The position numbers and the translations under genes are program-made. A DNA stretch of 64,000 nucleotides, taken from Gemmatimonadaceae bacterium. Its GTDB lineage: Bacteria; Gemmatimonadota; Gemmatimonadetes; Gemmatimonadales; Gemmatimonadaceae. This document shows, piece by piece, positions 1 to 8,679 of the stretch. Each line of letters starts with the position of its first letter. Position 1 is the first letter of the stretch. The notes beneath the pieces were generated by a model. The model had not been told where the DNA came from and did no database searches. It saw only the letters and a program-made list of their open reading frames with translations. Where the stretch lies: NCBI GenBank assembly GCA_040901985.1, contig JBBDYC010000017.1, positions 128,001 through 192,000 on the forward strand, given 5' to 3'.

Positions 1-129
1 CGGGGTTCCATAGAGCGTGACAACGTCGCGCGACGGCGACTCGTGGGTGTCGGGAGACGCCACCGAACTCACCCGGGCAAACGACGACGACCCGGTCGTC
101 GACTCATCCAACTGCACCATCACGTCCAT
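1..129 (-). CDS. Partial hypothetical protein (5' end only; runs off the window), divergent from the TPR gene
   Basis: Not in ORF track. Minus-strand ATG at 129 preceded by GAGGA; open to position 1 (MDVMVQLDESTTGSSSFARVSSVASPDTHESPSRDVVTLYGTP...). Confidence 0.5.
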   Translation of the reverse strand, partial: MDVMVQLDESTTGSSSFARVSSVASPDTHESPSRDVVTLYGTP

Positions 130-314
130 CGAATCCTCAAGCCAACCAGCGAAGTGTGAACCAACCCTGCAATCATTACCCCACAGCGTCTCTTCGGTGT
201 CACCGACGTACGCGGTGACTGCAATCCGGTCAGGAGTTTCGTGTCACGAAGTGCGGTTCCGCTTGCGGCACTTGGCACGGAACGCCATGTTCAGGCCATA
301 ACCCCAGACCTTCT

Positions 315-1571
315 ATGCCAATCCGACGCCCCCGCGGTCCCAAGCCTGCCCTCCGGCATCTTCCCTTCCTCGAGGCCACCGCCCAGGCGAAGGAGGACTC
401 CGGAGATCGCCGCGCGCTGCAGGCGGCCTTTCTCACGCTCCGGCTGCTGGACCATTGGATGGCGCTTGGCGCCGAGATTGCCGACCCAAGCGGCCAGGCT
501 TTCAGGGCGACGCGCGTTGCCATAGATGCTGTGGATGACGATTCCGAGTCCCGGAGCGCGCTCGCGGGAATCGTGGACGCGATTGCGATGCTCCAGGACC
601 CCGATGCGCAGCCGCTCCTGCCGCGCGTCTTCGCCTACGGGGGCCTGATTGAAAACCGAGGGGCCCTCCCGCTTGCCGCGGACGTCTATGAGACCGTGAC
701 GAGATACGTGGACTCGCGTACGCACTTCGATCTCGCGTTCGACGCCCATATGCGACAGGGCTATTGCTTCCGGACAATCGGCGAATTCGACCGCGCGGAA
801 CGCGGCTACGAGACCGCCGGTGCGCTCGCCGCGCGGACGCGCGATCGCGGGCGCGTGCTCTACTCGCGGATCGGCGGCGCCAAGGTGGCGTGGTCCCGCG
901 GGAATCTTCCCGAGGCAGACACCAACTTGCGCGCCATCGCCGCCGAGGCGGAGACGCTCGGTGATGCCCGGCTCCACGCGATTGCGCTGCACGACTGCGG
1001 CGCCATCGCACGCCTGCGCGGCGACCTGCCGCGTGCGGTACGCCAGGTGTTCGAGGCGTTCAAGCGGACCACCGACGAGTCGGAAAAGGAACGCGTGTTG
1101 ATGGACCTCGGCGCCTACCTCGGCGAGTCGGGTGCGTTCCGCACGGCGCGCGCGGCGCTGTCCATCCTCGAGACCGGCGCCCGGACGCAGGAAATGCGTT
1201 GGCACGCACAGGTCAACCTGCTCGACCTGGCGGTCCTCGAGCGCAGCGAACCGCTCTTCGAGATGTACCTGCGTCAGTTGGAGTCGAGTGCGCTTCCGAC
1301 ACGCCTCCAGCTCTCGTTCCTGCGGGACGGCGCGCGGGGTCTCGCGCGATTCGGGCGCACTCGCGACGCCCGGGCCTTCGTGAACCGCGGCGCCGAACTC
1401 GCGGAGGCGACCGGTACGCAACAGCTGCGGTTCCAGTTCGAGACCCTCGCCGCCGAGCTGGATCAGGTGGCGGAGGAGTACAAGCGCAATCGCCCGACGC
1501 CAACGCCGGCGCCGGACGACATCGCCACGACAATCGAGGAGCTACTCCGGGGGACTGCCGTGCCCGCGTGA
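315..1571 (+). CDS. TPR-like helical repeat protein
   Basis: 418 aa with repeated TPR-like helix pairs (AHMRQGYCFRTIGEFDRAERGYETA; ALHDCGAIARLRGDLPRAVRQVFEA; VLMDLGAYLGESGAFRTARAAL). No signal peptide or obvious HTH. Confidence 0.75.
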   Translation: MPIRRPRGPKPALRHLPFLEATAQAKEDSGDRRALQAAFLTLRLLDHWMALGAEIADPSGQAFRATRVAIDAVDDDSESRSALAGIVDAIAMLQDPDAQPLLPRVFAYGGLIENRGALPLAADVYETVTRYVDSRTHFDLAFDAHMRQGYCFRTIGEFDRAERGYETAGALAARTRDRGRVLYSRIGGAKVAWSRGNLPEADTNLRAIAAEAETLGDARLHAIALHDCGAIARLRGDLPRAVRQVFEAFKRTTDESEKERVLMDLGAYLGESGAFRTARAALSILETGARTQEMRWHAQVNLLDLAVLERSEPLFEMYLRQLESSALPTRLQLSFLRDGARGLARFGRTRDARAFVNRGAELAEATGTQQLRFQFETLAAELDQVAEEYKRNRPTPTPAPDDIATTIEELLRGTAVPA

Positions 1572-1592
1572 ACCGCTGGCGGGCACGTCGGC

Positions 1593-1712
1593 TCAGACGC
1601 CTGAGCTGGCGGTATCGCCCGTCGGCGCCGGTCCGGTCGGGTTGGTGCAGGCGCTGGCCGAGACGGCGAGGGCGGCAAGCACGACGAAGATCGAGAGGCG
1701 GATGGCGCGCAT
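1593..1712 (-). CDS. Small exported (lipobox) peptide, 39 aa
   Basis: Below the ORF-track cutoff. MRAIRLSIFVVLAALAVSASACTNPTGPAPTGDTASSGV*: basic n-region, hydrophobic h-region, lipobox-like ASA-C, GGAG RBS upstream, host-like codon usage. Confidence 0.7.
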   Translation of the reverse strand: MRAIRLSIFVVLAALAVSASACTNPTGPAPTGDTASSGV

Positions 1713-1762
1713 TGTTGGGACTCCGAGAGGGAGGGGTGACTACCTAACTGTCTGGAAGCTAA

Positions 1763-1819
1763 GCATTTCTGAGATGTTTGTTCCTGCTGTTTTGAGTCGC
1801 TAAACAGCTATTTTGAGAC
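1763..1819. promoter_or_regulatory. Direct repeats in an AT-rich divergent promoter; candidate AraC-family binding sites
   Basis: GCTGTTTTGAGTC (1786) and GCTATTTTGAGAC (1807) are 21 bp apart; weaker GCATTTCTGAGAT at 1763. Confidence 0.4.
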
Positions 1820-1860
1820 TTTCGACGCCTAATTACACCCCCCTGAACCCTTTTCTTCAT

Positions 1861-2673
1861 ATGATTGTCGCCGCCTGCGTCGAACCGCCCAAGCTCGCCC
1901 GACTCCGGGGCGCCGTTGGCGAGAACCACCGTCTCCACGTGGCGCTCGACTGGTCGCACGCGGATTCCATCATCCGCCGCCAGCCCATAGACGTCCTCGT
2001 CGTTGATCCGCATTTCGGATCGACTACGCAGCCGCGCACGCAGCCGATCCGCGACCTGCGCGCCGAATTCCGCTCGGTACCATTCGTCGTCTATTCCGTG
2101 CTCGCCGCGCAGACGCTCCAGCCGCTGATTGAGCTCGGCCGCGAGGGGATGGAACAGCTTGTCCTTTACGGCGTGGACGACGACCCCAGCCAGCTCCGCC
2201 GCGTCCTCGAGCGCCAGCCGGGCGTCGGGCTCGCCGAGAGGCTGATCGGCAAACTCGGCCCGCGCCTGCGGACGCTGCCGGCAGACGTCGGCCGCGCCAT
2301 CGAGCGGGTGATCCACACCCCGGCGGCCTTCCGCGGCGTCCCCGACCTCGCGGCCGCGGCCAACGTCTCGCGTCGCACCATCTACCGCGAGTGCGAGCGC
2401 GCCAACCTCTCGTCACCGCGCGAGTTGATTGCTGGCGCCCGTGTCCTTCGCGCCTACGCCTTCCTCCGCGAATCCGACTACGCGATCGAGGATGTGGCGG
2501 ACCACCTTCGCTTCTCGAGTCCGCACCATCTCACCAAGACGATGCGCTGGGCCTGTGGGCTGACGACGGCACGGGCGCGCGACCGCCTGGCCCCCGACGA
2601 TTTCGTCGCCGTACTCGCACAGCGCCTGATGCCCAACGCGGACGCGGTTCCGCTGGCCGATGCCGTCAACTGA
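1861..2673 (+). CDS. AraC-family transcriptional regulator with N-terminal receiver-like domain
   Basis: IDVLVVDP receiver-like segment; C-terminal double HTH (VPDLAAAANVSRRTIYR ... IEDVADHLRFSSPHHLTKTMRWACGLT). ATG 1861 preferred over TTG 1813. Confidence 0.8.
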   Translation: MIVAACVEPPKLARLRGAVGENHRLHVALDWSHADSIIRRQPIDVLVVDPHFGSTTQPRTQPIRDLRAEFRSVPFVVYSVLAAQTLQPLIELGREGMEQLVLYGVDDDPSQLRRVLERQPGVGLAERLIGKLGPRLRTLPADVGRAIERVIHTPAAFRGVPDLAAAANVSRRTIYRECERANLSSPRELIAGARVLRAYAFLRESDYAIEDVADHLRFSSPHHLTKTMRWACGLTTARARDRLAPDDFVAVLAQRLMPNADAVPLADAVN

Positions 2674-3067
2674 CGCCATCGCCCCTCACGTCCTCCTGGT
2701 GGACGATGACCCCGCCGTCGCGAACGTCCTGGCGATGGTGTTGCGGCGCGCGGGCTATCGCGTAACCACCGCCGGGTCGGGGCATCAGGCCGAGCAGTTG
2801 CTGGGCGAGCGCTTCGACGCGATGGTACTCGACCTCCGGTTGCCCGGGATGCGCGGCGACGCGTTCTACTTCCTGGCCAGCACACGCCAGCCCTGGCTCG
2901 TCTGCAGGGCGCTCTTCCTCACCGGCGACATCACCGAACAGGCTGAGGAGTTGATTGCCGTCACCGGGTGCCGCTGGCTGCGGAAGCCGTTTCACCTCCC
3001 GGACATGCTGGACGCCGTGGCGGCAATGGCGCCGCTGCCGCTTGAACGGATGCCGCGCGTCAGCTGA
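2660..3067 (+). CDS. Single-domain response regulator (CheY-like receiver)
   Basis: VLLVDDD, VLDLRLPG (phosphoacceptor Asp), FLTG and RKPF motifs; overlaps the AraC stop. Confidence 0.9.
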   Translation: MPSTDAIAPHVLLVDDDPAVANVLAMVLRRAGYRVTTAGSGHQAEQLLGERFDAMVLDLRLPGMRGDAFYFLASTRQPWLVCRALFLTGDITEQAEELIAVTGCRWLRKPFHLPDMLDAVAAMAPLPLERMPRVS

Positions 3068-3085
3068 CGGTCGGCCGTACCGACT

Positions 3086-3682
3086 TCAGAAGCTCCACTT
3101 CCGCAACGTGCTGAGCGCGCCCGCGAGCGCACTGCGCTCGCCGTCGTCGGTGGCACCGGCCAACAACATCTCATAGGTCCCCACTGCCAGCTTGAGCGCC
3201 ACCGGGTCGTTCTCGGCGCTCGCCACGCTGGTCGCGTTGTCGGCGAGCGCGGCGTGGGCGAGCTTGTCGTCGGGGAAGCGCGTGGCCACCTGGTGCCAGC
3301 GGGTCATCCGCCCGCGCGGCGATGGCTCGGTCAGCGCCCAGAGGTGCCAGGCCGCCCGATTGGATGGGTCGGCGGTGAGCGCCCGGGAGGCGAGCGCCCC
3401 CACGACGTCGGGACCGCGCCCGGTGAGCCAGTACGCGTTGGCGAGCGCGACGAGGGCGGTCGCGTTCTCCGGCTCGCGCTCGACGACCCGCTCGTACACG
3501 GGGCCTGCCACCTCGTGAAGCTCCCGGTAGGGCTCGACGGCCTCGACGAGCGCGGCGGCGCTGGTCGTCTCGGCGCAGATCGTGTCGAGGCGCGTGAGGA
3601 GTCTCGCAATGTCGGCGTCGCCCCGATATGCTTTCACGGCAGCGGCGACTGCACCGCGCGCGTCGGATACGGATCGGGCCAT
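3086..3682 (-). CDS. Hypothetical TPR-containing protein
   Basis: TPR-like YERVVEREPENATALVALANAYWLTGR and ALTADPSNRAAW; good codon usage. Confidence 0.7.
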   Translation of the reverse strand: MARSVSDARGAVAAAVKAYRGDADIARLLTRLDTICAETTSAAALVEAVEPYRELHEVAGPVYERVVEREPENATALVALANAYWLTGRGPDVVGALASRALTADPSNRAAWHLWALTEPSPRGRMTRWHQVATRFPDDKLAHAALADNATSVASAENDPVALKLAVGTYEMLLAGATDDGERSALAGALSTLRKWSF

Positions 3683-3728
3683 CGCCCAAAGTTATCGGCT
3701 CGCTGAGACCCGTGGCACCGGAGATGTC

Positions 3729-3917
3729 GTGGAATCGACCGACCCGAAGAAAGGCCTCCTGCACGCGCTGAACAACCCGCTCGGAGGCCTCCTCGCCGAG
3801 CTGCAGCTCCTGGAGATGGAGGACCTCGCCCCGGCGCACCGGGAGGGGGTGGAGCGTTCGATTGCCCTCTGCCGCCGAGTGATCCAGCTCGTGAAAGAGC
3901 ACGTCTCGCCCAATTAG
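3729..3917 (+). CDS. Stand-alone HisKA/DHp-like microprotein (62 aa)
   Basis: GTG after GGAGA RBS; GLLHALNNPLGGLLAELQLL resembles an H-box, followed by a second helix; no ATPase domain. Confidence 0.65.
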   Translation: MESTDPKKGLLHALNNPLGGLLAELQLLEMEDLAPAHREGVERSIALCRRVIQLVKEHVSPN

Positions 3918-4153
3918 AGGGTTGCGCGGAAGGGCCGAACGGCCCATACTCCATACAACCGCCCGTCACGGTGAGGCCCTTGCCCACCCGGACGGCTGCG
4001 TTCCCAGACGCTCCCCCGTTGCGCCGATGCGCAGCGCTCGCCCGGCACACTGGCCGGGATTCGGTCGGAACCCGTCAGGACGCTTTGTTCAGACATCGCT
4101 GGAAAGCGGCACACGCTTTCGCCACGACCCCCGTGGTCCTAGAACCCAACTGA

Positions 4154-5698
4154 ATGACCGATCGTCAACGTCCGCCCCGTCGTGGGCGTGGTGTGCGCCC
4201 ACGTGGCTCAGACGCGCCCGACGCACTCGCTGAAGCGGATCCCTACCGCGACACTCCTGCCTCTTCCGATATGGACGGCTCACCACCGCCTCCCTCCGAT
4301 TTCGATGACGTCCCCGCGGCGTCCTCCCCCCCGATGACCGATGGTTCACCGGCGGGCGCCCAGCCGGGTCCCGACGGCGCGCCGCGCGAGTCGCCGAACG
4401 GCCGACCCGGATCTGACCGCGGGGAGCGCGGCGACCGCCCTGAACGCAATGGACGGGGCCGGCGTGGCCGGCGTCAGCGCGGCCGCGGCCGCGATCGCGG
4501 CGACCAGCCCCGCGGTGAGCCGCGCGAACCACGCGAGTCGCGCGCACCGATGGACTCGTCGCCGCCGGTCATCCTCGTCGTGGACGGCGAGGCCTCCGGA
4601 TGGTTTGATCCGGCACGCGACGCCGGCTTCATCCGGCGGGCCGAGTTCAGCTACCTGAATGAGCAAGGCGACGCGTGGGTCCCCGCGCATCTCGTCCGCC
4701 AGTACGGACTCCGTCGCGGCGACGCGATTGACGCCCGGACCGGCATTGACCAGCGCGGACGGACGGCGGTCGCCGAGATTGTCGCCATCAACGGGAACGT
4801 GCCGGACGAGCAGCTCCGCCGTCCCGACTTCCAGACCCTTACCGCTTCATATCCTGAGCGGAAGCTCACGCTCGAGACCGGCCAACCCGCCAAGGGCGGC
4901 CCGGAACTCACCCGTCGTGCGATTGACCTGATTGCCCCGATCGGCTACGGCCAGCGCGCCCTCATCGTCGCCCCCGCGCGCGCAGGCAAGACGATGCTGA
5001 TGCAGGCGATCACCGAGGGGATCGCGATCAACCACCCTGAGGCGACGCTCTTGATCCTGCTGGTGGACGAGCGCCCCGAGGAAGTGAGCGAGGCCATCTC
5101 CTGGGGCGTCGGCGAGGTCGTCGCGTCGAGCTTCGACCAGCCCGCCAAACGTCACGTCGAGGTCGTCGAGATGGTCCTCGAGCGCTCGCGCCGCCAGGTC
5201 GAGATGGGAAAGGACGTGGTGATCGTCCTGGACTCGCTGACCCGTATGGCGCGCGCCTTCAACACCGCCGAGCGCGGCACGGGGCGCACGCTCTCGGGCG
5301 GCCTCGACACCTCGGCGATGGCGCGTCCCAAGGCGTTCTTCGGCTCGGCGCGGTCAATCCTCCCCGAGAACGGCGGTGGCTCGCTGACGATCATCGCCAC
5401 CGCGCTGGTCGAGACCGGGTCGCGGATGGACGACGTGATCTTCGAGGAGTTCAAGGGCACCGGCAACTGCGAGATCAAGCTCGACCGCTCGTTGGCCGAG
5501 AAGCGCATCTTCCCGGCGTTCGACATCGCCACCTCGGGAACGCGGCGTGAGGAGAAGCTCTACAAGGCCGAGCAGATTGACGCGATCTACACGCTCCGCC
5601 GCGGCCTCCAGCAGATGCCCCCACAGGCAGCGATGGAATGGCTCATCAAGCGGATCGCGGGGACCACGTCGAATGACGCGCTGTTGGCAGGGCTTTGA
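4154..5698 (+). CDS. rho: Transcription termination factor Rho
   Basis: IDLIAPIGYGQRALIVAPARAGKT, LVDERPEEV, LDSLTRMARA, GSLTIIATALVETGSRMDDVIFEEFKGTGN; low-complexity N-terminal extension. Confidence 0.97.
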   Translation: MTDRQRPPRRGRGVRPRGSDAPDALAEADPYRDTPASSDMDGSPPPPSDFDDVPAASSPPMTDGSPAGAQPGPDGAPRESPNGRPGSDRGERGDRPERNGRGRRGRRQRGRGRDRGDQPRGEPREPRESRAPMDSSPPVILVVDGEASGWFDPARDAGFIRRAEFSYLNEQGDAWVPAHLVRQYGLRRGDAIDARTGIDQRGRTAVAEIVAINGNVPDEQLRRPDFQTLTASYPERKLTLETGQPAKGGPELTRRAIDLIAPIGYGQRALIVAPARAGKTMLMQAITEGIAINHPEATLLILLVDERPEEVSEAISWGVGEVVASSFDQPAKRHVEVVEMVLERSRRQVEMGKDVVIVLDSLTRMARAFNTAERGTGRTLSGGLDTSAMARPKAFFGSARSILPENGGGSLTIIATALVETGSRMDDVIFEEFKGTGNCEIKLDRSLAEKRIFPAFDIATSGTRREEKLYKAEQIDAIYTLRRGLQQMPPQAAMEWLIKRIAGTTSNDALLAGL

Positions 5699-5768
5699 AC
5701 TACAGGTGAAAGATCCAAGGTGAAAGGAGGCCGCCCGCCTTTCACCTTTCACCGTTCACCTGTAGTTC
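5697..5768. terminator. Long hairpin built from AGGTGAA/TTCACCT heptamers between convergent genes
   Basis: GAACTACAGGTGAA..AAGGTGAAAGG pairs with CCTTTCACCTT..TTCACCTGTAGTTC. Confidence 0.6.
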
Positions 5769-7145
5769 GTCCCATAGCGCCGCCACCGCCCGCATTCCCT
5801 TGCGGAAGTTCTCCTGGCTGATCCACTCGTCCGGCGCGTGGGCGTTCTCGCCGGGGAGGCCGAAGCCGATCAGCAGCACCGGGGCGCCGAGGATGCGCGC
5901 GAAGTCGTTCACGACCGGGATCGAGCCGCCCTCGCCGATGATCACCGGCGCGCGGCCAAAGGCCGCCGTCAGGGCACGCGCCGCGGCGTCGTAGAGCGGG
6001 CCCGAGAGGTCGGCGCGCCAGGGATGGCCGCCGTGCAGATGCGTCACCTTCACCGTGACGCCCTTCGGCGCCACCGAGCGCACGTGCGCCTCGAGCTGGC
6101 GGCCTACCTCCGCCGGGTCCTGGTCCGGCACGAGCCGACAACTCACCTTGAGCATCGCCTGGCCGGGGAGCACGGTCTTCGCCCCTTCGCCGGTATAGCC
6201 GGAGAGCAGCCCGTTGACCTCGCAGGTCGGGCGCGTCCAGAGTTTCTCGAGCGTCGTGAAGCCGGGTTCGCCGCCCAGTGCATCCACGCCGAGATGCCTC
6301 GCAAACTCCTTCTCGTCGAACGGGAGCGCCCGCATCCCCTTCCGCACGGCGTCGGGAAACGGCCTCACCGGGTCGTAGAATCCGGGAATCGCCACGCGAC
6401 CCTCGGCGTCGTGGAAACTCGCCACGATCCGCGCGAGCGCGGTGGCCGGATTCACCACTGCGCCGCCGTACATCCCCGAGTGGAGGTCGGAGCCCGGGCC
6501 GGTGATGTCCACCTGGAGATACGCGAGCCCGCGCAGCGAGGAGAGGATGCTCGGGATGCCCGGCGCAAACATCGTCGAGTCGGAGATCACGACCGCGGCA
6601 CAGGCGAGCCTCTTCTTGTGTCGCTCGACGAACGCCGGCAGGTGTTCCGATCCGACCTCCTCCTCGCCCTCGGCCATCAACACCACGTTGATCGGGAGCG
6701 CGCCGCGGGTCGCGAGATGGGCCTCGAGTGCGGCGACGTGCAGCCAGAGCTGTCCCTTGTCGTCCACGCTGCCGCGGGCAAAGATCTTCCCGTCGCGGAT
6801 GGTCGGCTCGAAGGCCGGCGTGGTCCAGAGCTCGAGCGGCTCGGCGGGCTGCACGTCGTAATGTCCGTACACGAGAACCGTCGGCGCGCCGGCAGGAGCC
6901 TTCCGCCACTCCGCCAGCACCACCGGGTGGCCCGGCGTGTCGAGCGTTTCGACGGTGAAGCCGATGCGCGCGAGACGTTCGTGTAGCCAGCTGGCCGCGC
7001 GGCGCACATCAGGGGTGTGCTCGGACCGGGCGCTGACGCTCGGGATGCGCAGGAAGTCAAAGAGTTCGTCGTGCAGGCGCTGGTCATTTGCGTCCAGCCA
7101 GGCCGCGAGCGCCGGGGCCAGCTGGACGGGGGTGGGCGTGGTCAT
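5742..7145 (-). CDS. M20-family dipeptidase
   Basis: VYGHYDVQP, ARGSVDDKGQ, EGEEEVGS, DLHSG and NAHAPDE motifs. Confidence 0.93.
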   Translation of the reverse strand: MTTPTPVQLAPALAAWLDANDQRLHDELFDFLRIPSVSARSEHTPDVRRAASWLHERLARIGFTVETLDTPGHPVVLAEWRKAPAGAPTVLVYGHYDVQPAEPLELWTTPAFEPTIRDGKIFARGSVDDKGQLWLHVAALEAHLATRGALPINVVLMAEGEEEVGSEHLPAFVERHKKRLACAAVVISDSTMFAPGIPSILSSLRGLAYLQVDITGPGSDLHSGMYGGAVVNPATALARIVASFHDAEGRVAIPGFYDPVRPFPDAVRKGMRALPFDEKEFARHLGVDALGGEPGFTTLEKLWTRPTCEVNGLLSGYTGEGAKTVLPGQAMLKVSCRLVPDQDPAEVGRQLEAHVRSVAPKGVTVKVTHLHGGHPWRADLSGPLYDAAARALTAAFGRAPVIIGEGGSIPVVNDFARILGAPVLLIGFGLPGENAHAPDEWISQENFRKGMRAVAALWDELQVNGER

Positions 7146-8653
7146 CGCACTCGGGGTGGTGTGGGGACGTCGCGAGCAGGAAGGGTGCCGGACCAGCCGG
7201 CGAGATACCAGAGGCGGCGGGCGCCGATGATGGCGTCGCCGCGCTTCAGCTGGAGCACGGGGCCGGCGGTGGCTGCCGCAAAGTGCGGGGCGAGCACGGC
7301 GATTTCCTTCTGCGCAACGATTGTCGTGTCGTTGAGCAGGAGGAGCAACGTCGCGCCGGACGCGACGGCGTCCGCGAGCGGCGGCCAGAGATCATACTGG
7401 TTGCGGCGTCCATTCACGTTGAGCGAGTACACGGTCGGGCGGTCACTCAGGTGCCACGCCAGCATCGCCGCGTCCTGATAACGGTTGGCGACGACCACGA
7501 CGGGCCCGGAGTCCGCCGGAACCCACCGACGCGTGCGCTCGACGGTCCAGGTCACCGCCGGCCAGCCGTGCGCCCTCAACGTCGGGTCGCGTCCGGCCGC
7601 AATCGGTACGAAGGGCCGCAACGCGTGCAGGAGAACCATCGCCGAGAGTCCACCAGCGAGCCAGACGCCCCGGTGCTCCCAACGCGTACGCAGCGCCGGC
7701 CGCAGTGAGGCGAGGAGCGCGATGCCGGGAATCCAGACAATCACCGGCCAATTCGGCTCCACCGGCCGGCGAGTTGCGCTGAACGCCAGGACGGCGAGAC
7801 ACAGTGCGGCGACCACGGCGAGCGTGAAGCGGAGCGGTTCGCGCGGGGCGCGAAGGCCCCGCGCCAGCGCGGCCAGGATCAGGACCAGCAGGATCGGCGT
7901 CACCAGTCCAAGCTGGCCGCCGAGCAGTTCCAGTTCGCGCATCCACCAACTGCCGCGCGCCGCCACACCGAATCCGTGGTCCAGCTGGAATCGGAACGCG
8001 ATCCAATCGTGCTGCACATTCCAGCGGAGCACAGGGATCATCATCACCGCCGCCAGCGCCGCGGCGATCCAGGGTCCGGCCGAGCCCAGATGCCGACGGA
8101 GCACTGGGTGCGCGGCGAGCGCGAGCCCCACGCCGGCGGGGACGAGGACGCCGGTGAACTTTGACGCCATCGCCAGGCCCGCCGCCACGCCGGCGAGTGC
8201 CCAGTGACGCGTGGCCACCGCCGGGTCCCCGGCGTCGAGCGCGCGCACCACGCCGTACAGCGCGAGGGCGAGCGCAGCGACCAACGGTGCGTCCGGCGTC
8301 GCGAGCACGAGGCCTGCGGCGAACACCGGGAGTACGGCGAAGACGAGCGCGGCGAAGCGGGCCGCAGACGGGCCCGCGAGATGGCGCGCGGTGCCGGCGA
8401 TGGCCAATCCGGTGACACTCCCGCAGAGGATCGGGAGGACGCGCACGCCGAATGTCGAGTCGCCGAAGAGTGCCGTGCCGCCCGCAATCAGCCAGGCAAT
8501 CATCGGCGGATGGTCGAAGTAGCCGGCCGCGAGCCGCCGTGACCACTCCCAGTAGTACGCCTCGTCATCGTAGAGCGGGACGACGGCCCCGAGGAGCAGC
8601 CGCACCACGGTGGACGCCGCGATGATCCAGAGCGCCTGTCGCCAGTGTGTCAT
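7142..8653 (-). CDS. ArnT/PMT-like (GT83/GT39) membrane glycosyltransferase
   Basis: DEAYYWEWSRRLAAGYFDHPPMIAW, TPDAPL, SKFT; many TM helices. Confidence 0.88.
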   Translation of the reverse strand: MTHWRQALWIIAASTVVRLLLGAVVPLYDDEAYYWEWSRRLAAGYFDHPPMIAWLIAGGTALFGDSTFGVRVLPILCGSVTGLAIAGTARHLAGPSAARFAALVFAVLPVFAAGLVLATPDAPLVAALALALYGVVRALDAGDPAVATRHWALAGVAAGLAMASKFTGVLVPAGVGLALAAHPVLRRHLGSAGPWIAAALAAVMMIPVLRWNVQHDWIAFRFQLDHGFGVAARGSWWMRELELLGGQLGLVTPILLVLILAALARGLRAPREPLRFTLAVVAALCLAVLAFSATRRPVEPNWPVIVWIPGIALLASLRPALRTRWEHRGVWLAGGLSAMVLLHALRPFVPIAAGRDPTLRAHGWPAVTWTVERTRRWVPADSGPVVVVANRYQDAAMLAWHLSDRPTVYSLNVNGRRNQYDLWPPLADAVASGATLLLLLNDTTIVAQKEIAVLAPHFAAATAGPVLQLKRGDAIIGARRLWYLAGWSGTLPARDVPTPPRVR

Positions 8654-8679
8654 GCTAGACTGAATGTAACGTCACGCCA

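Noticed and set aside
273..284. TGGCACGGAACG upstream of the TPR gene, identical to 40401-40412
   Set aside because: The -12 position reads GCCA with no TGC-like element; cannot support a sigma54 promoter.
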